DNA of 64,000 nt from positions 4,750-68,749 of IMG/VR virus record IMGVR_UViG_3300022602_004075, one strand, 5' to 3'. Shown piece by piece: positions 27,367 to 36,550 of the stretch. Positions within the stretch are counted from its first letter, which is position 1, and each line of letters starts with the position of its first letter. The notes beneath the pieces were generated by a model that did no database searches, was not told where the DNA came from, and saw only the letters and a list, made by a program, of their open reading frames with translations. This DNA is from a virus. Both the position numbers and the translations under genes were made by a program.

Positions 27367-29181
27367 TTACGAATTAATCTTCACTATTGCTTCAATTATA
27401 CTTTCGCCTGGATCTGTTTTGTCAACCAAACTGCGTCCAATCACATTCCACGGCGTTAATTCTTCTGGTTTTCCTGCACGAGCACGACCATTACCAGCAC
27501 TAACAAGTCGATCACCTTTGGCAATTGATCCTACTACTCTTACAGGAACACGCCCACTCATAGCAATTGGTGGATGCGTAGTATCTGTTCCAGCTTTAGA
27601 ATTCATTAGATAAGCTGCATTAGTACTTATGACGCCAAACACTTTATCGCTTAATTCTGCTACTACTTTGGTGATTTCTGCGGCGCCGCCCAGTTCAACC
27701 ACTGTGCCTGCAGGGTATTCCGCATCAGATTCAAAACGTTCAGCCAAGTCAGCATATAAAGAATGTATTGCTGTACCATAGATGTTGTTGAACCATTTTG
27801 TAGTGGATCCAATGTTTACACCGTTTGCAGTTGATGGCACAAGGCCGCCTGATACTGTTACATAGGCTACCGAAAGGTTGCCAGAACTGGAACCACCACC
27901 GCCCACGCTGATACTGTTAAAAATACCAATGTTGCCGCTGATGTTGCCGGTTACCGAAACGCTGGTACCAGTGTGGTTAGTAATATTAGCGGTGGTTATG
28001 TTGGCTGTGGTGAATACTGCTGTGCCTGGTGCTACATTACCAATGGCCTGCGCTTGTAGTCCAGCTGTTGTTATTGTGGTAAAATTGCCGGTACTGGGCA
28101 CGTTACCGCCAATTGGCTGTCCGTCGATATAAGTCGAATTGCTGGCTCCGCCCACTGTGGCAATTTGTGCACCGTTATAATAAGCTGATCCATATAAATT
28201 TGTTGTGCCAGCCACTGACAACGCTGTCAAATTACCAAGCGAAGTAACATAGGGCTGAGCAGCTGTATTCAGTGTTCCTACCAGGCTTGTACCAGAGTTA
28301 AATCCAATGGTACTGGCATTGACTGTGGTTGCTGTCACGGTGGTAGCAACCACGTTACCAGTTATGGTTGGAGCAACAACCGATGCTGTTGCTGTCACTG
28401 TTGGTGCAGTGACACTGGTGGTACCAACAATGGAACTGGCGGTTACTGTTTGGCTGGCTGTCAATACAGTTACGTTGGCACTACCGTCGCTGCCGCGTTG
28501 TACCAAGGTACTTGGTGTTGCTGAAACGTCTTGGGTATTTAATCCCAATGCCTGAGAACCACCGGGATAAAAATTAAGTCCAGCACGTATACCCGATGCA
28601 TATCCAGGCACGCTGGATACGAATGGAGCTAAATTGGCTTGCAAACCAGTGGTAGCTGGAGTAAAACCAGTTGTGGATAAAATAGCGTAAGGCACACCGG
28701 ACACTTGTAGTTCCAATACCAAGCGCGGTGTTCCATCTGTTCCGTTTACAAATACCGGAAACGCACCTGTTTGTCCAGCACCCGGTACATTGGGTGGTCC
28801 AATCACAGCCCAGTTAGTGCCGTTCCATACATTCAATTGCTGATACGAAGTGTTGTTAAACCATAAATCGCCCGACGCCGGAGTTGAAGGTGCAGTAGGG
28901 CTGACCACTGACCCACCAACTGGTTTCCATGCACCGGTAGTGGTGTTGTAGACTTTTATAACCTGATTGGTAGAATCATACCAAAGCTGTCCTGTTAAGG
29001 GATTTGCTGGGGATCCAGAATTGGAAAAATTTTCTAATAGGTAAACAAAGTTTTCATTGATAGCAGTACCATATCCAGCATAGTTTCTACCAATCAGTGT
29101 TAGGCTGGAAGTATTGTCTATGCTTCCGTCAGAAATAGTAGTAAGAGTAGCACTATTTGACAGTTTAATTGTATATGACAC
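27367..29181 (-). CDS. Tail fibre with C-terminal intramolecular-chaperone-like domain
   Basis: Shared N-terminal NYAGYG...LLENF...GQLWYD domain, T/A/V-rich shaft, and C-terminal YADLAE...GVIS...GRVPVRVVG...GD.LVS. Confidence 0.75.
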   Translation of the reverse strand: MSYTIKLSNSATLTTISDGSIDNTSSLTLIGRNYAGYGTAINENFVYLLENFSNSGSPANPLTGQLWYDSTNQVIKVYNTTTGAWKPVGGSVVSPTAPSTPASGDLWFNNTSYQQLNVWNGTNWAVIGPPNVPGAGQTGAFPVFVNGTDGTPRLVLELQVSGVPYAILSTTGFTPATTGLQANLAPFVSSVPGYASGIRAGLNFYPGGSQALGLNTQDVSATPSTLVQRGSDGSANVTVLTASQTVTASSIVGTTSVTAPTVTATASVVAPTITGNVVATTVTATTVNASTIGFNSGTSLVGTLNTAAQPYVTSLGNLTALSVAGTTNLYGSAYYNGAQIATVGGASNSTYIDGQPIGGNVPSTGNFTTITTAGLQAQAIGNVAPGTAVFTTANITTANITNHTGTSVSVTGNISGNIGIFNSISVGGGGSSSGNLSVAYVTVSGGLVPSTANGVNIGSTTKWFNNIYGTAIHSLYADLAERFESDAEYPAGTVVELGGAAEITKVVAELSDKVFGVISTNAAYLMNSKAGTDTTHPPIAMSGRVPVRVVGSIAKGDRLVSAGNGRARAGKPEELTPWNVIGRSLVDKTDPGESIIEAIVKINS

Positions 29182-29205
29182 CGTTGATCCTTTATTCTCT
29201 TAGTA

Positions 29206-29213
29206 TATTTATC
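29206..29213 (-). promoter_or_regulatory. T4-type late promoter (GATAAATA)
   Basis: Motif 24 nt upstream of the GTG start at 29181, followed by an AAGGA RBS. Confidence 0.6.
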
Positions 29214-29221
29214 GCTTGTAA

Positions 29222-31183
29222 TTAGAACATTTTTTGTATGTAACACAATGCATAATAAGGCGGAATTATGTTAAATGGCTGATTATTTCCGTAAAGGCCG
29301 GTGGTACTTGAAATATTCACGGCGTGTTGATGGTCAGTAGCTTGACTCAACGATGTTGATACCGCAATACCTGTTGTTGCCATGCCGGTATAATATCTGG
29401 TTTGATCACCGTCGGTTGCTGCGGATCCAGCAGCGCCCCAGGTATTTGGTACTTGTGGGAACGGTACTCCGCCTTCGGCATAGGGATCTTCGTGATGATG
29501 TCCAGGATCACTAACTGATGAACTGGCGGTATGTGTGTGACCACCAGCTGATCCGGTGGTTCCAATAATAGAAACTGTATGATTGTGTGAAGGTATATTT
29601 ACGTTGGCCAGTGTTACTGAACTTGCACCACCACTGGCACCAGGATTATAACTGCTACCAGCACCGACAATAAATTGATTGCGTAGATCTGGAGTTCCGT
29701 TGCTGCCGTCGCACAGTTGCCACCCAGCTGGAATATTCAAAGTTGTACCACCCCACATCACTATAACTCCAAGCGGCAATACATTTTGCACAAATGCTGT
29801 GGTTGCCACATTGGTACTGTTGTCACTGTATGATTCGGTAGTTGCTGTGGAATTTGTCAGCTGAGCCGACGTGAAAGTGTTGTTAACGCCAACCACTCCA
29901 GAAACATTGCCGCCGGTAATCAATGCATTGGCAGTTGAAAAATTATTAAATGTACCTTGTGTGCCCACTACAAAAGATACACCAGCTATTTGACCACCTG
30001 TAATCACTGCGTTGCCAGTTGATATATTGGCAAATTGAGCTGTGGTTGCAGAAGTGCGAACAATACCAGTGACATTGCCCCCGGTGATTTGAGCATTGGC
30101 TGAACTAAAATTGGTTGCTACTTCAGTTGTTATTGTGGAATTGGTTGCAGTTGATGTGGTAACAGATACTGCTGTTAGTCCAGTAGCGGATCCTCCAGTA
30201 ATTTGCGCATTGCCTGAGCTGAAGTTTGTGGCTTGTAATGTGGTAAATGTGCCACTGGTATCTCCAGTGATTGAACCACCAGTGATCACTGCGTTGCCTG
30301 AGCTGAAGTTTGTGGCTTGTAATGTGGTAAATGTGCCACTGGTATCTCCAGTGATTGAACCACCAGTGATCACTGCGTTGCCTGAGCTGAAGTTTGTGGC
30401 CACAATGCAATAACTGGTTGCATTGCCGGTCAGGTTACCATACACGTTTGTGGCTGTTACCACGGCACCAGTCAGGTTGCCAGTGACGTTGCCAGTTAGG
30501 TTGCCATACACGTTTGTGGCTGTTACCACAGCACCAGTCAGGTTGCCAACGACATTTCCTGTGACATTTCCCACAAGATTGGAATTAATAGTTGCAGGTA
30601 TACCACTGTTAAAAGTGATGCCAGGATTGATTTGTGCGAACCCAGAAATACCAACGCTGGGAGTAAAAGCAGGATCTCCGCTTACAATAGCATAAGTTTG
30701 TGTACCGTACTTTAATTCTAATATGTTGTGTTGGTTGGTACCGTCGCTGACCTGTACAGGAATAGCACCACTGATACCTTGTGTTTTTGTGTATATTGGG
30801 CCTACCAATTGATATGCTGTACCATCATACACTGAAAGCTGATTGGTTGTGGTATTGAACCAGCTGTCCCCAGTTCTTGTAAGAGTTGGAGTAACAGCAG
30901 CCACTGCGGTAGTTCCGCCCACAGTGACATATCCATCTGTGGTATAGACTTTCAAGGTTTGATTGCCTTTGTCAAACCACAATTGACCGTACAAACTGGG
31001 CTGTGTAGGCGGTGTAGTTTTGGCAAAATTTTCCAGTAACGCTACCAGATTTATATCAAGGAATTCGCCGTAGCCAGCATAATTTGGGCCAGGAAGGCTC
31101 AATGCAGTAGAACTTTGATTCAACGCACCATCAATAATGTTGAATGTAACTGTTCCATCGGTATTTGTAAAATTATATGGCAT
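29222..31183 (-). CDS. Tail fibre with tail-collar domain
   Basis: Shared LLENF N-terminal domain, repeat shaft, collar motif IPAGWQLCDGSNGTPDLR, HxH motifs and PPYYALCYIQK end. Confidence 0.8.
   Translation of the reverse strand: MPYNFTNTDGTVTFNIIDGALNQSSTALSLPGPNYAGYGEFLDINLVALLENFAKTTPPTQPSLYGQLWFDKGNQTLKVYTTDGYVTVGGTTAVAAVTPTLTRTGDSWFNTTTNQLSVYDGTAYQLVGPIYTKTQGISGAIPVQVSDGTNQHNILELKYGTQTYAIVSGDPAFTPSVGISGFAQINPGITFNSGIPATINSNLVGNVTGNVVGNLTGAVVTATNVYGNLTGNVTGNLTGAVVTATNVYGNLTGNATSYCIVATNFSSGNAVITGGSITGDTSGTFTTLQATNFSSGNAVITGGSITGDTSGTFTTLQATNFSSGNAQITGGSATGLTAVSVTTSTATNSTITTEVATNFSSANAQITGGNVTGIVRTSATTAQFANISTGNAVITGGQIAGVSFVVGTQGTFNNFSTANALITGGNVSGVVGVNNTFTSAQLTNSTATTESYSDNSTNVATTAFVQNVLPLGVIVMWGGTTLNIPAGWQLCDGSNGTPDLRNQFIVGAGSSYNPGASGGASSVTLANVNIPSHNHTVSIIGTTGSAGGHTHTASSSVSDPGHHHEDPYAEGGVPFPQVPNTWGAAGSAATDGDQTRYYTGMATTGIAVSTSLSQATDHQHAVNISSTTGLYGNNQPFNIIPPYYALCYIQKMF
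30210..30400. repeat. Perfect 84-bp tandem repeat (2 copies + 23 bp) in the tail fibre
   Basis: Units start at 30210, 30294 and 30378 and encode ATNFSSGNAVITGGSITGDTSGTFTTLQ. Confidence 0.92.
30423..30548. repeat. Imperfect 66-bp tandem repeat in the tail fibre
   Basis: CCATACACGTTTGTGGCTGTTACCAC at 30438 and 30504; encodes GNLTGAVVTATNVYGNLTGN twice. Confidence 0.85.
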
Positions 31184-31200
31184 ATTTTGTCTCTTTTACT

Positions 31201-31208
31201 TATTTATC
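31201..31208 (-). promoter_or_regulatory. T4-type late promoter (GATAAATA)
   Basis: AGCGATAAATA, the same 11-mer as at 29206-29216, upstream of the ATG at 31183. Confidence 0.6.
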
Positions 31209-31222
31209 GCTTTATTGCTGTA

Positions 31223-34150
31223 TTACAAGTGTGACAATGCATGGTCGCCTGGAACACTAAAGGTATGTACCACATATACTGTTCCTTCTGTTCCGGCGCT
31301 GTAAACCTGTATTGTTCCTCCAGCAAATAGTGGAAATCCTGACAGACTGGTATATCCCACAATCACTGCTCCAGATCCGCCAGTACCAGCACCAGTTGCT
31401 CCGCCATGCAAACAGCCGCCGCCACCTCCACCAGTTCCATCTACACCATTGCCGCCATTTCCGTCTCCGCCACCACCTACACCACCTGCTCCACCGGGAC
31501 CGCTACCGCCGTAGCCCTGTGCGCCATAACCGCCACCACCTCCACCACCCACAGTAACAGGTTGGCCACCAATGATAAATGTTGCTCCAGGTCCACCCTG
31601 GCCGCCTTGATTTCCGTTTGAGCCTCCGCCTGCACCGGCATAACCACCACCACCGCCGCCACCGGCTGCTCCGTATCCTTGCCAATTACCAGTTCCGCCA
31701 GCATTGCCTTGTCCTGATACTGCACCGCCACCACCTTGTGGGTAATCGAAACCGGTGCCACCACCACCAGATCCACCTGATTTTCCGTTGCCGCCCGAGG
31801 GTAAACCGCTACCGCCACCACCAGCACCGCCGCCAATGGCTATGCTGCCAATGCGTTCTTGTTGTCCATTCAACGGACTTCTTGTGTTCCAGACCACGCT
31901 ACCAGCTGAATCAATCAGTGCTGCAGCCACTGATCCTGGACTGCCACTGTCAGCGTTGTATGCCGTAACAGATATAGTGGTTACTCCAGATGGTATACTA
32001 ACAGTGGTTTGGGCAGTTTCCCACCATTGGTATTCTGACAATAAATTACCACTGCCATTGATGGTTATGCTGTTGACATAGTTGTCGGCACTGGCTATCA
32101 AAGTATATTCGCCACCGGTAATCAAATAGGTAGTATAGTTCAGTGTGATAGTGTCGTTTGGTGCGTAAGGTGCGTTCCATACTCCGTAATTGTTTAAAAA
32201 ATTGTTGTAGACTCCATTGCTTTGTGCATATAGAGGTTGATCGCAGGTGTCAGTAAAGAGTGTAACTGCACCCCAACTTGAATTGCCACCATTGTTATCT
32301 GCGGTACCACCTGCACCAACTGTTAGATTGTATGTTCCGTAGGCACAATCCAGTGATTGATTTTTTAATAAGATAACTCCGCCGGCTCCACCACCACCGC
32401 CACCTTCCCATCCACTTGGGTATCCACCACCGCCACCGCCACCTACTATCAATACATCCGCTGTGACCCGATCAGGTGGCCAAAATTGTTTCCATGCGCC
32501 GTTGACGTTGGTATAACCAGCTTTGATTTTGTCCCATGGACCATAATTTTGTGGTATAGAAGTCAGTGTGTCCGAACTGGTAAATGTATGAGTATATGTT
32601 GTTCCCGATGTTGTTACAGTACCACCAAAAAAATACGGAGATCCACTGGTGCTGGTATAGACAATTTGTACCACCCCATCCGCACCAGGTGCGCCACGGC
32701 CGCCATAGTTTTTACCACCACCGCCACCACCGCCATATGCATAGCCAGCGGTATTATTACCAGCGTTCCACCCAGCACCGTACCCGCCATGTCCAGCTAA
32801 TCCGCCACCTTGGCCGTTTCCACCAGGTTCAGCTGATCCGTTGTTGCCATCTATTTCTCCACCACCACCGCCAGCGCCTGCAATTGGTCCATCAATTGCA
32901 CCATCGCCACCATGGTTATTACCGCCGCGAGCACCTGCTCCGCCGTAGCCACCATTGGCATTGTAGTCACCGCCTGATGCAACACCGCCGGGTGCAGGAC
33001 CGCCAAACACATTAGATCCAGCTGCGCCGCCACCGGCTGTTATTGATCGTGTATCTCCAGTAAATTTACTTGCGGATCCGGGTGCGTATGCACCGCCACC
33101 AGTGCCAACCACCACTGACCACGAACCTGGAAAATTTAACAACATGTTGGCCTGAGCAGTTGCTCCGCCACCGCCACCTCCGCCAGCATCAGACCCACCA
33201 CCGCCACCTCCACCCACAGCAGTCACAGTCACAGGAACGCTGAAATTGCGTACTGGATCTAATGTACCTGATGCAGTAAATGCGTGTGTGTATACGGTGC
33301 CAGATGCGTCAACTGTGGCTTGACCACCGGTAAAAATTATACCTTGATAGCTAACATAGCGTACTAATATTACACCTGAACCGCCAGCACCCACTGGGGT
33401 TCCACCAGCAAATTCACCTGATGCTGTACCGGCACCACCGCCGCCGGTATTGGGTAATCCGTTGGGACTGGCCGGACTTCCGCCGCCACCTACGCCGCCT
33501 TGATTTCCATAGCCAATTTGAGTGTGCGATAAACTTTGATATCCGCCACCAGCACCACCACCAGCAAAATATCCATTTTGTCCATAGGCCGCAAAATCAG
33601 CAAAATATAGTCCAGCTCCGCCTGGCCCTGTGTCACCTGCAGCACCTGCTCCGCCTCCGCCTGCACCAATGGTATAGTTGGATCCGCCACGACTGCCAGA
33701 AGTTCCACCAGCATGACCGTAACTGGCTGTACCACCTGATCCAGGTATGGCTGCACCGCCCACGCCCGACCAATTTCCGCCACCGCCACCAGATCCGCCA
33801 GCAGATCCTGTGCTTCCGGCGTTTACTCCAGCACCAGCAGTACCACCACCAACGGCTGTGATATTTACTGCACCACCAGAAAAATTGGAATTGGCACCAT
33901 TTTGGCCAGGACTTCCGCCACCACCGACTGTTGCTGTAAATGATTGTCCTACCGGAACTGCGATTCCGCTGTGATATTCGATACCACCGGCTCCACCGCC
34001 ACCATCATTTTGGCCGCCACCGCCTCCGGCTACAACCAGAATTTCTAAATTGATGGTGGTGGCACCCAGACTGTATGATCCGGTGTTGACAGCAGGTAAT
34101 TTTGTAGGAACCCACGTGCCGTTGTTGTTATACCAAATATTTCTTGACAT
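31223..34150 (-). CDS. Glycine-rich virion protein (three Gly-rich domains, putative adhesin)
   Basis: Three units, each running from VxGGGGGG to G.V.V.Y...HxF(T/S); located between tail-fibre genes. Confidence 0.75.
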   Translation of the reverse strand: MSRNIWYNNNGTWVPTKLPAVNTGSYSLGATTINLEILVVAGGGGGQNDGGGGAGGIEYHSGIAVPVGQSFTATVGGGGSPGQNGANSNFSGGAVNITAVGGGTAGAGVNAGSTGSAGGSGGGGGNWSGVGGAAIPGSGGTASYGHAGGTSGSRGGSNYTIGAGGGGAGAAGDTGPGGAGLYFADFAAYGQNGYFAGGGAGGGYQSLSHTQIGYGNQGGVGGGGSPASPNGLPNTGGGGAGTASGEFAGGTPVGAGGSGVILVRYVSYQGIIFTGGQATVDASGTVYTHAFTASGTLDPVRNFSVPVTVTAVGGGGGGGSDAGGGGGGGATAQANMLLNFPGSWSVVVGTGGGAYAPGSASKFTGDTRSITAGGGAAGSNVFGGPAPGGVASGGDYNANGGYGGAGARGGNNHGGDGAIDGPIAGAGGGGGEIDGNNGSAEPGGNGQGGGLAGHGGYGAGWNAGNNTAGYAYGGGGGGGKNYGGRGAPGADGVVQIVYTSTSGSPYFFGGTVTTSGTTYTHTFTSSDTLTSIPQNYGPWDKIKAGYTNVNGAWKQFWPPDRVTADVLIVGGGGGGGYPSGWEGGGGGGAGGVILLKNQSLDCAYGTYNLTVGAGGTADNNGGNSSWGAVTLFTDTCDQPLYAQSNGVYNNFLNNYGVWNAPYAPNDTITLNYTTYLITGGEYTLIASADNYVNSITINGSGNLLSEYQWWETAQTTVSIPSGVTTISVTAYNADSGSPGSVAAALIDSAGSVVWNTRSPLNGQQERIGSIAIGGGAGGGGSGLPSGGNGKSGGSGGGGTGFDYPQGGGGAVSGQGNAGGTGNWQGYGAAGGGGGGGYAGAGGGSNGNQGGQGGPGATFIIGGQPVTVGGGGGGGYGAQGYGGSGPGGAGGVGGGGDGNGGNGVDGTGGGGGGCLHGGATGAGTGGSGAVIVGYTSLSGFPLFAGGTIQVYSAGTEGTVYVVHTFSVPGDHALSHL

Positions 34151-34153
34151 TGT

Positions 34154-35857
34154 TTAGCCTATTTGGAACCAGAAATCTCCTGGATTTCCACCGCTCGGGG
34201 GGTTGGTTGATACAGTATATCTAAATTGTTGTTGTGCTATCTTACCGGTAACGTAAGCTGTTGTGGCAACTGTTTGACTGTTATCTCCCAATGCCACTGT
34301 AGGAGCTGTTACCGTTCCTGTAAAGGCCGGACTGGCCAGGTTGGCCTTGATCAACAAGGCATTGGCAATGGCTGCTGTTCTTGCTGCCACTTCGTTGGTA
34401 ATTTTGCTGTTGTAATCTCCGTACAGTAAATTTGCTGTGCTGTCTACATAGTTGGTATCAGCAATGGTTTGACTACTGTCACCAATGCCGCTGAATGCCA
34501 AACTACCGCCAATACTGTTCAAATAGTTGGTCAATGCTGTGACATCTGGCACAGTTGGAGTACCAGTAAATGCTGGACTGGCAATGTTTGATTTATACTG
34601 TATTAGATTTTCCAACGACTGTACACGATTGGTTTTGTCGCCTATGTTGGCATTGGTAGCCAATTCGTATGCACCAACGTTGGCTGTCAGTACAGCTATG
34701 TTGGCATTGATTGTTGTGGTAGCTGTGGTTAGATTTGAATTGGTTGATGTGATTGACGTAGCCAAATTGGAAGTGTAGTCAGCACGTAACTGATTTATTT
34801 CACCATTGAGATCATTGAACTGATTGGTCAACGCTGTGTTGATATTCAAATTGGAATTGTCGACATAATTCTTTGTGGCCACGCCATTGGAATAGATTGG
34901 ATCCGAACTCACTGTCAATTGACCAGTATTGCCATTGATATGCAAAGCACGGACGTTTCCGGCAGAACCATTTACATACACATCAACGTTGCCTTGATAG
35001 GCTGTGTTCAATAGTACCAAGTTTGTACCATCATATGCAACATTGGCAAAACCAAAACTTAAATTTCTGGTCAAATAAATGTCACGCATACGTGCAGTGG
35101 CAGATCCAATGTCATAGGTATTGGTCACAGAAGGCAACAATGCTGGACCTGGCTCAGCTACACCATTGTTGGCCCAAGCCAAATATAATTGGCCCAATAC
35201 TGTGGTATCATCACCTAATTCAGTAGTTCCGCCCACAGCAAAAGTTTCGCTGATCACCGCAGCATTGGCTGAATTGATTCCAGACGCTATTTGTGTAAAA
35301 CCATAGTATGGAGCAGATAAATCAAATGAATCTGCGCTGACTATACTGACCAACTGTCCATTGGTGTATTCGCTAACCACTGAGTGTGCTTGTGAGCTGG
35401 TGTCTGTCAATGTTTCGGCAAATGCACCAGTCTTTCCCTGTGCAGATGAATAGGCCGGACCAACCACGTCCCAATTGCTACCATTCCAAGTACTTAATTG
35501 TTGAGTAATTGGATTGTACCATTGGTCTCCGGTGCTGACACTCAGCGTTGGAGCGGCATTGGCCACTGTGCGTCCACTGACTGGAACAAAATTTGTACCA
35601 TTGTACACTTGCAAAGTACGATTACTGGTATTGTACCATAGTGTACCTGTTAATGCTGTTCCGTTGCCCGAACTGCTTTGTGTTGGTGGAATAGAGTCAG
35701 CAAAGTTTTCTAACAGTTTGATAAAATTTTCATTTTGTGCATCGCCGTAGCCAATATAGTTGCGACCAATCAAATTCAGTCCGGTGGTAATGTCAACTGT
35801 ACCGTCCAATACTGTTGTATAAAGTGTGCCGTTGGTTAAGTTAATAGGATATGCCAT
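34154..35857 (-). CDS. Tail fibre protein
   Basis: Shared LLENF N-terminal domain, coiled-coil segment, two ASPAFTGT repeats and ATTAYV. Confidence 0.78.
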   Translation of the reverse strand: MAYPINLTNGTLYTTVLDGTVDITTGLNLIGRNYIGYGDAQNENFIKLLENFADSIPPTQSSSGNGTALTGTLWYNTSNRTLQVYNGTNFVPVSGRTVANAAPTLSVSTGDQWYNPITQQLSTWNGSNWDVVGPAYSSAQGKTGAFAETLTDTSSQAHSVVSEYTNGQLVSIVSADSFDLSAPYYGFTQIASGINSANAAVISETFAVGGTTELGDDTTVLGQLYLAWANNGVAEPGPALLPSVTNTYDIGSATARMRDIYLTRNLSFGFANVAYDGTNLVLLNTAYQGNVDVYVNGSAGNVRALHINGNTGQLTVSSDPIYSNGVATKNYVDNSNLNINTALTNQFNDLNGEINQLRADYTSNLATSITSTNSNLTTATTTINANIAVLTANVGAYELATNANIGDKTNRVQSLENLIQYKSNIASPAFTGTPTVPDVTALTNYLNSIGGSLAFSGIGDSSQTIADTNYVDSTANLLYGDYNSKITNEVAARTAAIANALLIKANLASPAFTGTVTAPTVALGDNSQTVATTAYVTGKIAQQQFRYTVSTNPPSGGNPGDFWFQIG

Positions 35858-35863
35858 GGTCCG

Positions 35864-36550
35864 TTATCCTTGTGTGCTTAAATTTGTCAATGTTTGAATT
35901 CGCACAGTATAGTCAATTTGAATCAATCGGTTCAGTGATTTTTGTACCGGCATAAACACCACGTGTGTCAATAATAATCCAGTGCTGGTCAATCCACTGG
36001 TTCCATCGGTACTACGACCACGCAGTCCCAGTTCGTCAAACACATACAGTCCATTGATATTTTGACTGTTGTCAAAGTTTGCTTGTCCGTTGGGCTCACC
36101 GTAGTCCAACAAACAGCTGACCAGGATATCTGTGTATACTGTGCCAGGAATGTGGCTCACTGTCATTTTGTTGTTTAGCGGAGACAAGTTTGCGGCGCTG
36201 GTGTTGTCTACAATTTTGCTGTAGGTTGGATTGTACAAATTGGCATTTTGTCCAGTTGTATTGGTGGGCAAATAAGTGATAATACCGGTTGGGTCTACAC
36301 TGGTTCCACCGTTACCAAAATCCATTTCGTAAATAAAATTTTCACCTTTGTTGGCTATACTCCAGGCCAGGGCTTGACTAAAATTTTCATAGTGGATGGC
36401 ATTGGGCTTGTCAATAAAGACTTCCTGTGTGTCAGGGTCAAATATCTTGATATGCCCTCTTAGATAAATTCCAGATGATTCATCTGGGCGTTTTGGTGTA
36501 TTTTCCACTTGTTTTTCCTCTAAATTTTTTGTATTTTCAGTATTTATCAT
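35864..36550 (-). CDS. Conserved-looking virion/baseplate protein
   Basis: FGNGG...FDELGL...THV..PVQKSLNR.IQIDYT. Alternative GTG start at 36508 behind an AGAGGA RBS. Confidence 0.65.
   Translation of the reverse strand: MINTENTKNLEEKQVENTPKRPDESSGIYLRGHIKIFDPDTQEVFIDKPNAIHYENFSQALAWSIANKGENFIYEMDFGNGGTSVDPTGIITYLPTNTTGQNANLYNPTYSKIVDNTSAANLSPLNNKMTVSHIPGTVYTDILVSCLLDYGEPNGQANFDNSQNINGLYVFDELGLRGRSTDGTSGLTSTGLLLTHVVFMPVQKSLNRLIQIDYTVRIQTLTNLSTQG
36541..36548 (-). promoter_or_regulatory. T4-type late promoter (GATAAATA)
   Basis: Overlaps the stop of the giant gene and fits a GTG start at 36508. Confidence 0.5.

Noticed and set aside
30210-30548. CRISPR array or DGR template/variable repeat
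   Set aside because: The repeats are contiguous in-frame coding duplications without spacers or adenine-specific mismatches, and no cas or reverse transcriptase gene is in the window.
31312-33974. His/Arg- and Pro-rich ORFs on the plus strand
   Set aside because: They are antisense shadows of GGT/GGC glycine codons in 31223..34150.
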